DNA from: Clostridia bacterium
Lineage (GTDB): Bacteria; Bacillota; Clostridia; Oscillospirales; CAG-272
Assembly (NCBI GenBank): GCA_017451545.1
Contig: JAFTOB010000160.1
Span: 3,751-67,750 of the forward strand
Reading direction: 5' to 3'
DNA length: 64,000 bases
The position numbers were made by a program, and so were the translations under genes. Shown piece by piece: positions 15,853 to 25,731 of the stretch (positions are counted from its first letter, which is position 1; each line of letters starts with the position of its first letter). Below the pieces are notes generated by a model. The model did not search any database. It was not told where the DNA came from and was given only the letters and a program-made list of their open reading frames with translations.

Positions 15853-16998
15853 ATGGAAAAGAAGAAGCTCATCGAACTGAAGAGTGTTACTAAGTCGTTT
15901 GACGGTGAGGCGGTGCTCCGCTCCATCGATCTCGACATCCACGACAGCGAATTTGTCACCCTGCTCGGTCCCTCGGGATGCGGCAAAACTACAACTCTCC
16001 GTATTATCGGCGGTTTTGAAAGCCCCGATTCCGGAGACGTTTTCTTTGGCGGCGAAAGGATCAACGATATCCCGCCCCACAAGCGCCACGTTAACACCGT
16101 GTTCCAGCGCTATGCCCTCTTCCCCCATCTCAACGTTTTTGAGAATATCGCCTTCGGCCTTCGCGTGAAAAAGCCCGATTGCCCCAAGCCCTCAAAAGAG
16201 GAGATCGTGGAAAGAGTCACCGAAATGCTTACTCTCGTCAACCTCCGGGGCTTTGAGAGGCGCAACATCTCCACCCTTTCGGGCGGTCAGCAGCAGCGTG
16301 TTGCCATTGCGCGCGCTCTCATCAATAAGCCGAAGGTCCTTCTTCTGGACGAGCCCCTCGGTGCTCTTGACCTTAAGCTCCGTAAGGATATGCAGCGCGA
16401 GCTGAAGTCCATCCAGAAACGCACGGGTATCACCTTTATTTACGTTACCCACGATCAGGAGGAGGCGCTCACCATGTCCGACGTTGTGGTGGTCATGGCT
16501 GACGGTAAGATCCAGCAGATCGGCACTCCCGTTGACATTTATAACGAGCCCGAAAACGCTTTCGTGGCCGACTTCATCGGTGAAAGTAATATTATTGACG
16601 GAGTTATGGAGAAGGACTACACCGTCCGCTTCTCCGGCCACACCTTCAACTGCCTCGATGCGGGATTTGATCCCCGCGAGCCCGTTGACGTTGTTATCCG
16701 TCCCGAGGACGTCGATATCGTTCCCTTGGAGCGCGCTATGCTGACCGGAAAGGTCACCTCCATCACCTTCAAGGGCGACTATTACGAGATCATTACTGAC
16801 GTTTACGGCTTCAAATGGATGATCGAGACCTCCGACGCCGTCGAGGACGGCGCAACCGTCGGTCTTCACATTGAGCCCGACGCCATTCACGTTATGAAAA
16901 AATCCGAGTATTCGGGAAGATACGGCGATTACTCCACATACAGCGAAGAGGCCGAGCACCTCTCCGACGTGGAGGAAGAGGAGGTCACGGCGGAATGA
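15853..16998 (+). CDS. potA: spermidine/putrescine ABC transporter ATP-binding protein
   Basis: Walker [10 protein letters not shown], signature [15 protein letters not shown], Walker B LLLDEP, and a C-terminal TOBE-like part. Confidence 0.9.
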   Translation: MEKKKLIELKSVTKSFDGEAVLRSIDLDIHDSEFVTLLGPSGCGKTTTLRIIGGFESPDSGDVFFGGERINDIPPHKRHVNTVFQRYALFPHLNVFENIAFGLRVKKPDCPKPSKEEIVERVTEMLTLVNLRGFERRNISTLSGGQQQRVAIARALINKPKVLLLDEPLGALDLKLRKDMQRELKSIQKRTGITFIYVTHDQEEALTMSDVVVVMADGKIQQIGTPVDIYNEPENAFVADFIGESNIIDGVMEKDYTVRFSGHTFNCLDAGFDPREPVDVVIRPEDVDIVPLERAMLTGKVTSITFKGDYYEIITDVYGFKWMIETSDAVEDGATVGLHIEPDAIHVMKKSEYSGRYGDYSTYSEEAEHLSDVEEEEVTAE

Positions 16999-17816
16999 AG
17001 GGCAGGTCTGTTTTTCAGCGCATGGCCGCCGCGCCCCATATCGTATGGGCTGTTATGTTCATCGTCGCTCCCATGCTCTTTGTCATTTATTTCGCGTTTA
17101 CCGATGAAAAGGGCGTTTTTTCCTGGTCTAATTTCGCATCTCTCGCGCAGTATTCAAACGTATTTATCCTCTCTATCGCCTTTGCGCTTATCGCAACGGT
17201 GATCTGCCTGCTCATCGGCTACCCGCTGGCCTACTTTATGTCAAAGGCCAAGCCAAAGACTCAGAAGGTCCTTCTGGTCCTGCTCATGCTCCCTATGTGG
17301 TGCAATCTGCTGATAAGAACCTATGCGCTGATGGCTCTGCTCGACAACGGCGGTCTGCTCAACTCCCTGCTTGAATCGCTGGGACTTGGCAAGCTCCACA
17401 TCGTCGGCACAAATTTCGGCGTTATCCTCGGTATGGTCTACGACTTTTTGCCCTATATGGTCCTGCCCATCTTCACCACTATGACAAAGCTCGACCGCCG
17501 TTATATCGAAGCGTCTGCCGATCTCGGCTGCAACAGCTTCCAGACTATGACCAAGGTGGTCTTCCCTCTCACCGTTTCGGGCATCATTTCTGGCATCACG
17601 ATGGTCTTTGTGCCCTCCATCAGCACCTTCTACATTTCGCAGAAGCTGGGCGCGGGCAAGATCGATCTTGTGGGTGATACCATCGAGCGACTCTTCCAGA
17701 ACCCCAGCACCTACAACGTGGGCGCCGCCATATCCCTCATTATGATGATCCTCATCATCGTTTCGGTGGGAATTATGAACAGGTTCTCGGACAATGACGG
17801 AGGTATCATCGTATGA
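16995..17816 (+). CDS. potB: spermidine/putrescine ABC transporter permease
   Basis: ATGA overlap with potA. EAA-type loop: [20 protein letters not shown]. Confidence 0.85.
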   Translation: MKGRSVFQRMAAAPHIVWAVMFIVAPMLFVIYFAFTDEKGVFSWSNFASLAQYSNVFILSIAFALIATVICLLIGYPLAYFMSKAKPKTQKVLLVLLMLPMWCNLLIRTYALMALLDNGGLLNSLLESLGLGKLHIVGTNFGVILGMVYDFLPYMVLPIFTTMTKLDRRYIEASADLGCNSFQTMTKVVFPLTVSGIISGITMVFVPSISTFYISQKLGAGKIDLVGDTIERLFQNPSTYNVGAAISLIMMILIIVSVGIMNRFSDNDGGIIV

Positions 17817-18616
17817 AGATCCTCTCAAAGTCCTACATATTTATCATTTTTGCCCTCCTCTATGCTCCCATCGTTCTGCTGATCGTCTTCTCCTTCAACG
17901 AGGCGGGAAGCCTGAACGAATTCACCGGCTTTTCGGGTGTGTGGTATAAGGAGCTTTTCAATGACGAGGAGGCCTTCAACGCCCTTAAAAACTCGCTCAT
18001 TCTTGCGGTATCGTCATCATTGATCGCCACAGTTATCGGCACCTTCGGTGCCCTCGGCCTGCATCATATGCGCAAAAAGTACATCAAGGGTGCGGTCAAT
18101 TCTGTGACCAATATCCCCATGATGAACCCCGATATCGTAACCGGCGTTTCCATGATGCTTCTCTTTGTTGCCGTGGCGGGCTTTTTGCACACGCAGTCCT
18201 TCCTCGGCTTCTGGACCATGCTCGTGGCGCACGTTACCTTCAACCTGCCCTACGTTCTGCTTTCGGTAATGCCCCGCTTCAATCAGCTTGACCGTTCTCT
18301 CTCCGAGGCAGCGCTTGATCTGGGCTGCACGCCCTCTCAGGCCTTCTTCAAGGTCGAGCTTCCGCAGATCGTTCCCGGCATCGTTTCGGGTCTTATGCTG
18401 GGCTTCACAATGTCGCTTGACGATTTCGTCATCAGCCACTTTGTCAGCTCCCCCGATTTTCAGACCCTTCCCCTTTACGTTTACAACCAAACGGCTCACA
18501 ACGTAAAATTCAGTATGTACGCGCTCTGCGCGCTCATCGTCGCAATAATTCTCGCGGTTCTGCTCATTGTCAATTTTGCGGGCAGTCCCAAGAAGAAGGG
18601 AGCGGCAAAAAGATGA
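17813..18616 (+). CDS. potC: spermidine/putrescine ABC transporter permease
   Basis: Overlaps potB. Loop: EAALDLGCTPSQAFFKVELP. Confidence 0.85.
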   Translation: MKILSKSYIFIIFALLYAPIVLLIVFSFNEAGSLNEFTGFSGVWYKELFNDEEAFNALKNSLILAVSSSLIATVIGTFGALGLHHMRKKYIKGAVNSVTNIPMMNPDIVTGVSMMLLFVAVAGFLHTQSFLGFWTMLVAHVTFNLPYVLLSVMPRFNQLDRSLSEAALDLGCTPSQAFFKVELPQIVPGIVSGLMLGFTMSLDDFVISHFVSSPDFQTLPLYVYNQTAHNVKFSMYALCALIVAIILAVLLIVNFAGSPKKKGAAKR

Positions 18617-19875
18617 AGAAAACACGTTTTTTGAGCCTCTCTCTGGCTATTTTGCTCGTTTCCCTGCTCGTCCTTCCCTGCCTTTCCTCCTGTGCCGAGG
18701 GCGAAGAGGACGGCGGTGTTACCACCCTTTACGTTTACAACTGGGGTGAGTACATCTCCGACGGCTCCGAGGGTACGGTAGACGTAAACGAAATGTTCGA
18801 GCAGTGGTACTACGACACCTACGGCAAGCGCGTGGTTGTCAACTATTCCACCTACTCAAGCAACGAGAGTATGTATGCCAAAATCTCTTCGGGCGCGGCA
18901 AATTATGACGTTATCGTCCCCTCCGACTATATGATCGATAGACTGATCGACGAAAAGCTCCTCGCCCCGCTGAACTATGACAACATACCGAACGCCAAGT
19001 ACATCGTTCCCGAGTTTCAGAACTCCGACTACGATCCCGACCTCGATCACGACGGCTACAACGATTATTCTGTTCCCTATATGTACGGAATGATCGGTAT
19101 TATCTACAACACCGAAATGGTTGACGAGGAGGATATCGGCTCTTGGGAGCTTATGTGGAACGAAAAGTACAAGGGCAACATTCTGCAGTTCAACAATTCC
19201 CGCGACGCCTTCGGAACCGCACAGTATTACCTCGGCAACGACGTAAACTCCGATGACGAGGCCGAATGGCGCGAGGCACTTGACCTTCTCAAGCAGCAAA
19301 AGCCCATCCTTCAGGGCTACGTTATGGACGAAATATACAATAAGATGGAAAACGGCTCGGCCGCCATTGCCGCCTACTATGCCGGAGACTTTCTTGCTAT
19401 GTATGAGAATAACGACAGCCTTGAGTTCTTCTACCCCAAGGAGGGCACCAACATATACGTTGACGCTATGTGCGTTCCCGCGTCCAGCCAAAATAAGGAG
19501 CTGGCCGAGATCTACATCAACTTTATGCTTGGCGTGGACGAGGAATACGGTGCGCCCGCTATTGCTAACGCCGAATATACTTATTATGCCTCACCCAATG
19601 TGCTGGTTTGCAACGACGAGGGATATATTGAGTATATGAACGAGATAAAGGAAGGCGGATATGACCTGATGTACGGCACGGACGGCATCGAGACCTCCTC
19701 TTACAAGAATCTTACGGGCGACAAGCTCCTGCTTCTCAACCAGCTTTGGGAGGAGCTGAAGTCCGACGTTACGGTCAGCGGCGCTATCTATATTATCTGC
19801 GGAATTATCGTGGTCGTGGTGGGCGGAGCCTTGATCTTCCTCGCCGCGCGAAAACGTTACAGAAACAATTATTAA
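18613..19875 (+). CDS. potD: polyamine-binding lipoprotein PotD-like with an extra C-terminal TM helix
   Basis: Lipobox LPCLSSC and a PotD-like core (YVYNWGEYI, VPSDYM). The C-terminal tail is VSGAIYIICGIIVVVVGGALIFLAARKRYR. Confidence 0.8.
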   Translation: MKKTRFLSLSLAILLVSLLVLPCLSSCAEGEEDGGVTTLYVYNWGEYISDGSEGTVDVNEMFEQWYYDTYGKRVVVNYSTYSSNESMYAKISSGAANYDVIVPSDYMIDRLIDEKLLAPLNYDNIPNAKYIVPEFQNSDYDPDLDHDGYNDYSVPYMYGMIGIIYNTEMVDEEDIGSWELMWNEKYKGNILQFNNSRDAFGTAQYYLGNDVNSDDEAEWREALDLLKQQKPILQGYVMDEIYNKMENGSAAIAAYYAGDFLAMYENNDSLEFFYPKEGTNIYVDAMCVPASSQNKELAEIYINFMLGVDEEYGAPAIANAEYTYYASPNVLVCNDEGYIEYMNEIKEGGYDLMYGTDGIETSSYKNLTGDKLLLLNQLWEELKSDVTVSGAIYIICGIIVVVVGGALIFLAARKRYRNNY

Positions 19876-19878
19876 GAC

Positions 19879-19918
19879 ATTATCCCCACGGATTTTCCGT
19901 GGGGATAATTTATATTTG
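19879..19918 (+). terminator. intrinsic terminator after potD
   Basis: attatccccacgg-atttt-ccgtggggataat followed by a T-rich tail. Confidence 0.8.
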
Positions 19919-19926
19919 TCGAAAAT

Positions 19927-19955
19927 TTGACAAGCGCGGAGTTTTATGCTATAAT
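19927..19955 (+). promoter_or_regulatory. consensus promoter of the DUF47-pit operon
   Basis: TTGACA-17 nt-TATAAT. Confidence 0.7.
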
Positions 19956-19984
19956 GAAAATATAATATTCAAGGAGGAATTTCA

Positions 19985-20632
19985 ATGTTCAAGAAAAACA
20001 GGACCCGTGCCCTGATCATGGATCAGATCAAGGACGTCGAAAACACTCTTGTGGCGTTCAAAAGCTTTTTGAAGGCCGCGACAGTTCCCGAAACAAGCAT
20101 CGAGACTCTGAAGGCTCTGCTGAAGGGCGTAAATGACGGAGAGGACGCCGCAGACGCTTCCCTTCGCGCTATGATCGACTCGCTCAACGGCGGCGCATAC
20201 CTGCCCTCGACCCGTGAAAATATTATTTCCATTGCCACAAGCTGCGATAAGATCGCCAACAAGTGCGAATCCGTGGCAACTATGATCGTTCTCTACCGCT
20301 TCACCTTCCCCCGCGAGTTTGCTGAGGATATAGACAAGATCTACGATGTGACCGCCGAGCAGTTCGCTCTGCTTCAGGAGGCCATCGATATGCTCTTCTC
20401 TAGGATGAACGAGCTGCAGAAGGATACTACCGTCCTCGACAAGATCCGCTCTCTGGAATCGGTGATCGACAAGATCGAGCTCAAGCTGGGAGACACGGTC
20501 TTCGGCTCGGATGCAGAGCTGGCGGCGAAAATGCAGACCTTCGGGCTTATCGAGCGCATCTGTGACATCTCGGACATTATTGAGGACATCGCGGACAAGA
20601 TCCAGATCATTCTGATCGCGAGAAAGGCCTGA
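19985..20632 (+). CDS. DUF47 (PhoU-like) phosphate-transport accessory protein
   Basis: All-helical 215-aa protein immediately upstream of a PiT gene, which is the usual pairing. Confidence 0.75.
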   Translation: MFKKNRTRALIMDQIKDVENTLVAFKSFLKAATVPETSIETLKALLKGVNDGEDAADASLRAMIDSLNGGAYLPSTRENIISIATSCDKIANKCESVATMIVLYRFTFPREFAEDIDKIYDVTAEQFALLQEAIDMLFSRMNELQKDTTVLDKIRSLESVIDKIELKLGDTVFGSDAELAAKMQTFGLIERICDISDIIEDIADKIQIILIARKA

Positions 20633-20635
20633 CAA

Positions 20636-21700
20636 ATGCCTTGGATATATTTATTGCTTTCGGCCGGCCTGTTTATGGGCTGGTCCCTCGGAACCAACGA
20701 TGCGGCTAACGCATTCGGCACCGCGGTGGCCACGCGAGTGGTCAAGTACAGAACGGCGATCATTATAATTGCCGTGATGATTCTGCTCGGCGCCGTGCTT
20801 TTCGGCCACGAGAGCATCGCGAAGCTTACAAGCATCGCCACAAACAACGGCGTGCTTGCCACCGAGGAGACGGTTGAAGCGGCCAAGGCCGCAGGTGAGC
20901 TTGAGGCTCTGAGGCTCAAATCCGCCCTCAAGGCATTTATTATTTTCGCCTGCGCGGGTCTGACCGTTTTCATTATGAGCTATCTCAAGTTCCCCGTTTC
21001 GGCCAACCAATCGGTCATAGGTGCCATTATCGGCTGGGGTATCTGCTACGCCGATTACTCGGATGCCGAGATCCTTCAGACCAACCTGGGCGAGATCGCC
21101 GAATTTGCCTCCACATGGCTCATAAACCCACTTGTGGCGGCGGTCATATCCTTTGTTTTAGTATTTCTGATCAAGAAATTCATTGAGCGTCATCTGACCT
21201 CAATGCGAAGCTACGATATCATCGTCAAGGTCGGCTACATAGCCGCGGGCGCCTTCTCGGCCTTCAGTATCGGACAGAACAGCTCGGCCAGCGTTACCGC
21301 ATTTTACTACGATGCAGGCGGTGCGAATCTTTTGTCAAACGCAAGACTGACCGCCATTATCGGCGGCGTGGCCATCGTTATCGGCGTTCTCACCTTTTCA
21401 AAGCGTGTTATGATGACGGTCGGCAGCTCCATTGCCGAGATCAGTCAGGTCGACGGCTTCGTGGTAATTCTGGCCAGCGCGCTGACCGTTCTGCTTATGA
21501 ACAAGTGGTGGGGGCTTCCCGTTTCCACCTCCCAATCGGTGGTGGGCGCCGTTATCGGTGCCGGACTCGTCAGCGGAGTTAAGAAGGTCAACTTCGGCGT
21601 TCTGCGAAACATTGCCATCGCTTGGGTCAGCTCGCCCACGGTGGCGGGATTGCTTGCCTTCCTCGTTGCTATTGCGACCAAAGGATATTTTGGTGCTTAA
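20636..21700 (+). CDS. pit: inorganic phosphate transporter, PiT family
   Basis: GTNDAANAFGTAVATR N-terminal motif and QSVVGAVIGAG in the second half. Confidence 0.85.
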   Translation: MPWIYLLLSAGLFMGWSLGTNDAANAFGTAVATRVVKYRTAIIIIAVMILLGAVLFGHESIAKLTSIATNNGVLATEETVEAAKAAGELEALRLKSALKAFIIFACAGLTVFIMSYLKFPVSANQSVIGAIIGWGICYADYSDAEILQTNLGEIAEFASTWLINPLVAAVISFVLVFLIKKFIERHLTSMRSYDIIVKVGYIAAGAFSAFSIGQNSSASVTAFYYDAGGANLLSNARLTAIIGGVAIVIGVLTFSKRVMMTVGSSIAEISQVDGFVVILASALTVLLMNKWWGLPVSTSQSVVGAVIGAGLVSGVKKVNFGVLRNIAIAWVSSPTVAGLLAFLVAIATKGYFGA

Positions 21701-21712
21701 TAAAAAATTACA

Positions 21713-21731
21713 GACCGCCCATCGGGCGGTC
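21713..21731. terminator. bidirectional terminator between convergent genes
   Basis: gaccgccc-atc-gggcggtc with T runs on both strands. Confidence 0.7.
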
Positions 21732-21741
21732 CGCTTTTTAT

Positions 21742-24700
21742 TTATTTACGACCTCTTTCGGGTGAACCTTCAACCACTATGGTCTGTCCGCCCGTGAGGA
21801 CTATCATCTTGACCGCCGCCGCGCTGAAGCTCTGGGCTACAACGGTGAGGGGCTTGTCAAGGCTTCCGCGAGCGAGGATCTTGACGAATCCCGCGCTCTT
21901 GGCAATGAGCTTCTTTTCCTTGAGGGTGTTGAGCGTTACGATCTCTCCTGCCTCAAAATGACGGCCGATGGTATCGATATTGATCTCGGCGCGCTTCTTT
22001 CCGGTGTAGATCTCGCCGGTCTCAACGTCGGTCTGCTCGCAAAGTGCGGCCTCCTCGTCGGTCATCAGCTCCTCGGCCTCCTCGACGGTGACCGATTCCT
22101 TGACCTCGGGCAGGACGATGGGCGATACCCATTCAGTTACCTTTGTGGCAGGCTCAAGCCTTGCGCGCGGTGCTCTGCCCTCAAGCTGATCGGGCTGCTT
22201 TACCGCTACGAGAACGGGTGCGGGAGCGGGCTCCTCGACGGGTTCGGGAACAGATTCTGGTTCGGGCTCGGTGATTATCTCGGGATCGAAGACCTCAAGA
22301 TCGTCGTGGACTTCCTCGACTGCAGGCTCAGGCTCGACCTCTTCAAGTCTTGCGCGCTTTCTGTTGCGCTCGATCTTGAGGATAAGCCTTACTATCAACA
22401 CGGCCATAAAGAGATCCGCCAGTGCAAGCACGATGAGAAGTATGCACGCCGCGATGGGAGAAATAACGGGCGGAGCGACGGCCGCAAGCGCCGTGACGGG
22501 CACGAAGGAGTAGGCGTGAGCCTTGGCCTTGCGGCCCACCTTGCTCAGAACGAGCAGAGCGGCTCCCTCTGCCACGGCCAGCGCGGAAAGCGCGATGATG
22601 GCGGGCATAAGTGTGTTGACGCAGGCATTGTCTTCGGCGTTCTGAGCGTTCTCGCGGTGATCGCTCAGCTTTTTCGCGCCGTCACCGTGCGCGTCCGAAA
22701 CGGCATCGATGCTTTCTGCCGCATCGATCTCGGCAAGGGCCGCGTCAAGCATTGCTTGGTTATCGGCCTTCAGCTGTATCTGATCTTCAGCCTTGAGGAA
22801 GGCGAAGTCATCCACCAGCTTATCGGTCTTATTCTTCTCGGCCTTCAGCTTTCCTGTCGCAGATTCCTTTGCGGCGGCCAGGTTGTCGGCTTTTCCTTTT
22901 GTGAGCACAGCGTCAAGCGCGCCGTAGGCATCTGCCTTGGCGGCTCTTATATCCTCCATGCTTTCAGCCTTTGCAAGCTCGCCGATAAAGTCCTCGATAG
23001 CATCGGTAGCCTCCTTTTTCAGGAGCTCCTTTTCTGCCGACGTGAGGTAATCGAGATTGCTTATCTCGTCCTCTACGTCATCGTATTTGTTACGAAGCTC
23101 GGCCTCGGCCTCGGCGGCTTGGGAGTGCTTGGCGATGGCGTTTCTGTCGTCTGCCTCCTTGCTTACGGTGTCAAGAGCAGTAAGGGCGGCATCCTTGGAT
23201 TTATTTACGGTATCGGTACTGTCTGCGGCATCAACTGCGCTCTTTGCGTCTTCAAAGGCACGGTCGGCGCTGTTCTTGAGGTCGGCCTTTTCTTCCTTCG
23301 TCAGGTAGGCAAGACCGTCGATCTTTTCCTTGAGCTCGTTCTTTTCAGTCTCAAGCTCGGACACGGCGGCATCCTTCTGCGCCTTCTCGGCATCGGAATC
23401 CTGCTTGTCCGAGTTTGTCTCAAGCTCGGTTACGGCCGCTTCAAAGTCTGAAATTGCCTTCTCGAGCTCGTCGTAGGTCTCGGCATCGGCGACCGCTTTT
23501 TTCGCGTCCTCAAGCAGGCCGTCGGCATCGGACTTCAGTCCGTCCTTGGCCGTGGCATCGAGAAAGCCCAAAGACTCTACCTTTGCCTTCAGGTTATCCA
23601 CCTTTTCGGTAGCATCGTTGACGTCAAATATTTTTGCAAGTGCGAAGACCGCATCGTCGGCCGCCTTATCTATCTCATCCGCATCGGTGAGGCCTGCGAT
23701 CTTTTCCTTTGCATCGGCGACGGTCTTGTCGGCCTCGGCCCTTGCGCTTTCGCTCAGATCGTCGCGCTCGGAGGCCTTGGCATCGACCTCGGCGCAGGCG
23801 CGGGCGCGGTTGAGCTCAACCGTGGCATCGTCTGCCGCCTTGGTAATATTGGTTTCGTCGGAGGCCTTGACTATACCGTCGGACGCGCTGTCGGCAATGC
23901 CTTCAAGCTTTGTCTTATCGGCATCGGCAAAGGACTCGTAGCCATCCTCGGCTGTGATCTCGTCGTATCTGTCGAGAACACGGTCGACCTCCTCGGCCTT
24001 GTCTTCGATCCTATCGGCATCGGTCACAACGTCTGCAAGCTTATTGCAGTCATCTTCGGCATCAAGGGCATTCACCTGCGCGGTGAGCTCACCGAGATAT
24101 TTCTCGCGAAGGGGCGTTGTATTGCCTACGATACCGCCGATCTTATCCGCGGTTATCTTCTTGTATTTTTCGGCCAGATCGTCGGGCACGCGCTCCTCGT
24201 TGAGAGCGGTCTTTGCCTCGTCGCTGAGGCCCGTGATTCCCTGCACCGCCGCAAGAATAGCCTCGCGGTCGTCCTCGGTAACTCCTGAGGGGGTCTTTTC
24301 GAGGATCTCGGCGTGGTCGGTAAGATAATCCTCTACCTCAGCCTCGACCTCAAGCTCGTAAAGCTTTTCACAGCCCTTATCATATGCCTCGGTGCAGCTA
24401 TCGGCCGCGCCGTCGGTTGCCCTGTCTATCTTTTTGACGTTGTAGTCGGCCAACTCGTACTCGTCAAGCGCATCGTCCTTGAGCGTGCTGTCACCGACGT
24501 AGCCGTCGATGGCACTGACGGTATCGAGATATTTCTTGTAAAGATCGGCGCGCAGAGCGGCGCGGGCGATCTCGAAGTCAAGCTCATCCTGAGTGTTACA
24601 GCCGTCGATAATACCGCTGTCGGCGTTATATTCCCGCTCGAGGGCGATCATAGTCTCATCGCCGCCGTAGGGACGGCTCGCTATATCCTTTGCGATAATA

Positions 24701-25731
24701 TCCTTGGCACGGGCCCTTGCAAGCTCTATGTCGTGGTCCGCAAAAATCGGTACGGGCTCGACCTCCTTTCCGCTGTTGTTGGCCTCTGCCACAGCGGCAG
24801 AAACGGCGGTCTTCTGATCCGAAATATAGCTTCCCACGTAATCTCCGCCGTCGGCAAGGGTGTCAAGAAGTGCGCAGACCGCGGTCTTCAGCAGGTTATT
24901 GGCCTTGACGGCAGAATCGGTGGAGTCATCGTCTATGCTCGCTATTGCCGAGTCATAAATACTCTGAACGTTCTCGGGACGGTTGGTTTCGTCGGGATAG
25001 AGTATTCCGTAAACGTCCCCGAGCCCAGCCATCACCTTATCCTGCATACGCTGGATGTTTATTTTATTGATCAGCGAGTTGTAAAGGTTGCGGTATTCAA
25101 TATCCGAGCTCTGAACGTTCTCCTCAGACGTAACGGCGCGACAGGCCGCAAGGCTTCCGCCCTCTTCAAGTGCCTTTTCAATGATGCCGTTTACTGCATC
25201 GGAGTCGCCCTCACGCCCAAGCGCAAGGATCATCTCCTTATATATGGCGGTGTACATACGGTCGCACATTCCGTTCTCGACTCCGAGAGTGAGCTCGTCG
25301 TGGACATTGGCATTTTCGATAGCCACACAGATATCGTTATACGCGTTATCAATGGCCGTGGCGGCATCGCCTGTGAAGTTATCCTTGAAGGTGTGGTATA
25401 TCCACGTAACCTCGCCCGCCGCTCTGCCCTTCAGGCGCAGAAGCTCGATGGTGTCTATCTGCAGAACGCTGTCAAGCTGGAGCAGGTCTATTTTGGTTCG
25501 GTATCCGATAATACTGTTTCTCACGGCCTGCTTCTTGGTGGCATTTGATTCTATCGCATCGTAAGAGTCAGCAAGATTGCCGAGGTACGAGGTCGCGCTG
25601 TTGGCGGCGGCCACGTTCTGCGAGTATATGTCATCTGCGGCCGAGGCGGCAAATGAGAACACCGTGACGGCGAGAAGCACCGCGGAGATCATTATCAAGC
25701 CGTATTTCATTGTCCTTTTTCTGTTTGTCAT
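21742..25731 (-). CDS. 1329-aa membrane protein: signal peptide, about 1000-aa acidic helical-repeat ectodomain, TM region, and a cytoplasmic tail ending in a uL15-like domain
   Basis: The signal peptide ends FAASA|AD. Repeats show LAYLTKEEKADLK, LDYLTSAEKELLK, FAFLKAEDQIQLK and LGFLDATAKDGLK. The TM region is coded at about 22378-22629. The C-terminus EINIDTIGRHFEAGEIVTLNTLKEKKLIAKSAGFVKILARGSLDKPLTVVAQSFSAAAVKMIVLTGGQ aligns by eye with the C-terminal domain of ribosomal protein uL15. Its ATG overlaps the dxs stop (ATGA). Confidence 0.8.
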   Translation of the reverse strand: MTNRKRTMKYGLIMISAVLLAVTVFSFAASAADDIYSQNVAAANSATSYLGNLADSYDAIESNATKKQAVRNSIIGYRTKIDLLQLDSVLQIDTIELLRLKGRAAGEVTWIYHTFKDNFTGDAATAIDNAYNDICVAIENANVHDELTLGVENGMCDRMYTAIYKEMILALGREGDSDAVNGIIEKALEEGGSLAACRAVTSEENVQSSDIEYRNLYNSLINKINIQRMQDKVMAGLGDVYGILYPDETNRPENVQSIYDSAIASIDDDSTDSAVKANNLLKTAVCALLDTLADGGDYVGSYISDQKTAVSAAVAEANNSGKEVEPVPIFADHDIELARARAKDIIAKDIASRPYGGDETMIALEREYNADSGIIDGCNTQDELDFEIARAALRADLYKKYLDTVSAIDGYVGDSTLKDDALDEYELADYNVKKIDRATDGAADSCTEAYDKGCEKLYELEVEAEVEDYLTDHAEILEKTPSGVTEDDREAILAAVQGITGLSDEAKTALNEERVPDDLAEKYKKITADKIGGIVGNTTPLREKYLGELTAQVNALDAEDDCNKLADVVTDADRIEDKAEEVDRVLDRYDEITAEDGYESFADADKTKLEGIADSASDGIVKASDETNITKAADDATVELNRARACAEVDAKASERDDLSESARAEADKTVADAKEKIAGLTDADEIDKAADDAVFALAKIFDVNDATEKVDNLKAKVESLGFLDATAKDGLKSDADGLLEDAKKAVADAETYDELEKAISDFEAAVTELETNSDKQDSDAEKAQKDAAVSELETEKNELKEKIDGLAYLTKEEKADLKNSADRAFEDAKSAVDAADSTDTVNKSKDAALTALDTVSKEADDRNAIAKHSQAAEAEAELRNKYDDVEDEISNLDYLTSAEKELLKKEATDAIEDFIGELAKAESMEDIRAAKADAYGALDAVLTKGKADNLAAAKESATGKLKAEKNKTDKLVDDFAFLKAEDQIQLKADNQAMLDAALAEIDAAESIDAVSDAHGDGAKKLSDHRENAQNAEDNACVNTLMPAIIALSALAVAEGAALLVLSKVGRKAKAHAYSFVPVTALAAVAPPVISPIAACILLIVLALADLFMAVLIVRLILKIERNRKRARLEEVEPEPAVEEVHDDLEVFDPEIITEPEPESVPEPVEEPAPAPVLVAVKQPDQLEGRAPRARLEPATKVTEWVSPIVLPEVKESVTVEEAEELMTDEEAALCEQTDVETGEIYTGKKRAEINIDTIGRHFEAGEIVTLNTLKEKKLIAKSAGFVKILARGSLDKPLTVVAQSFSAAAVKMIVLTGGQTIVVEGSPERGRK

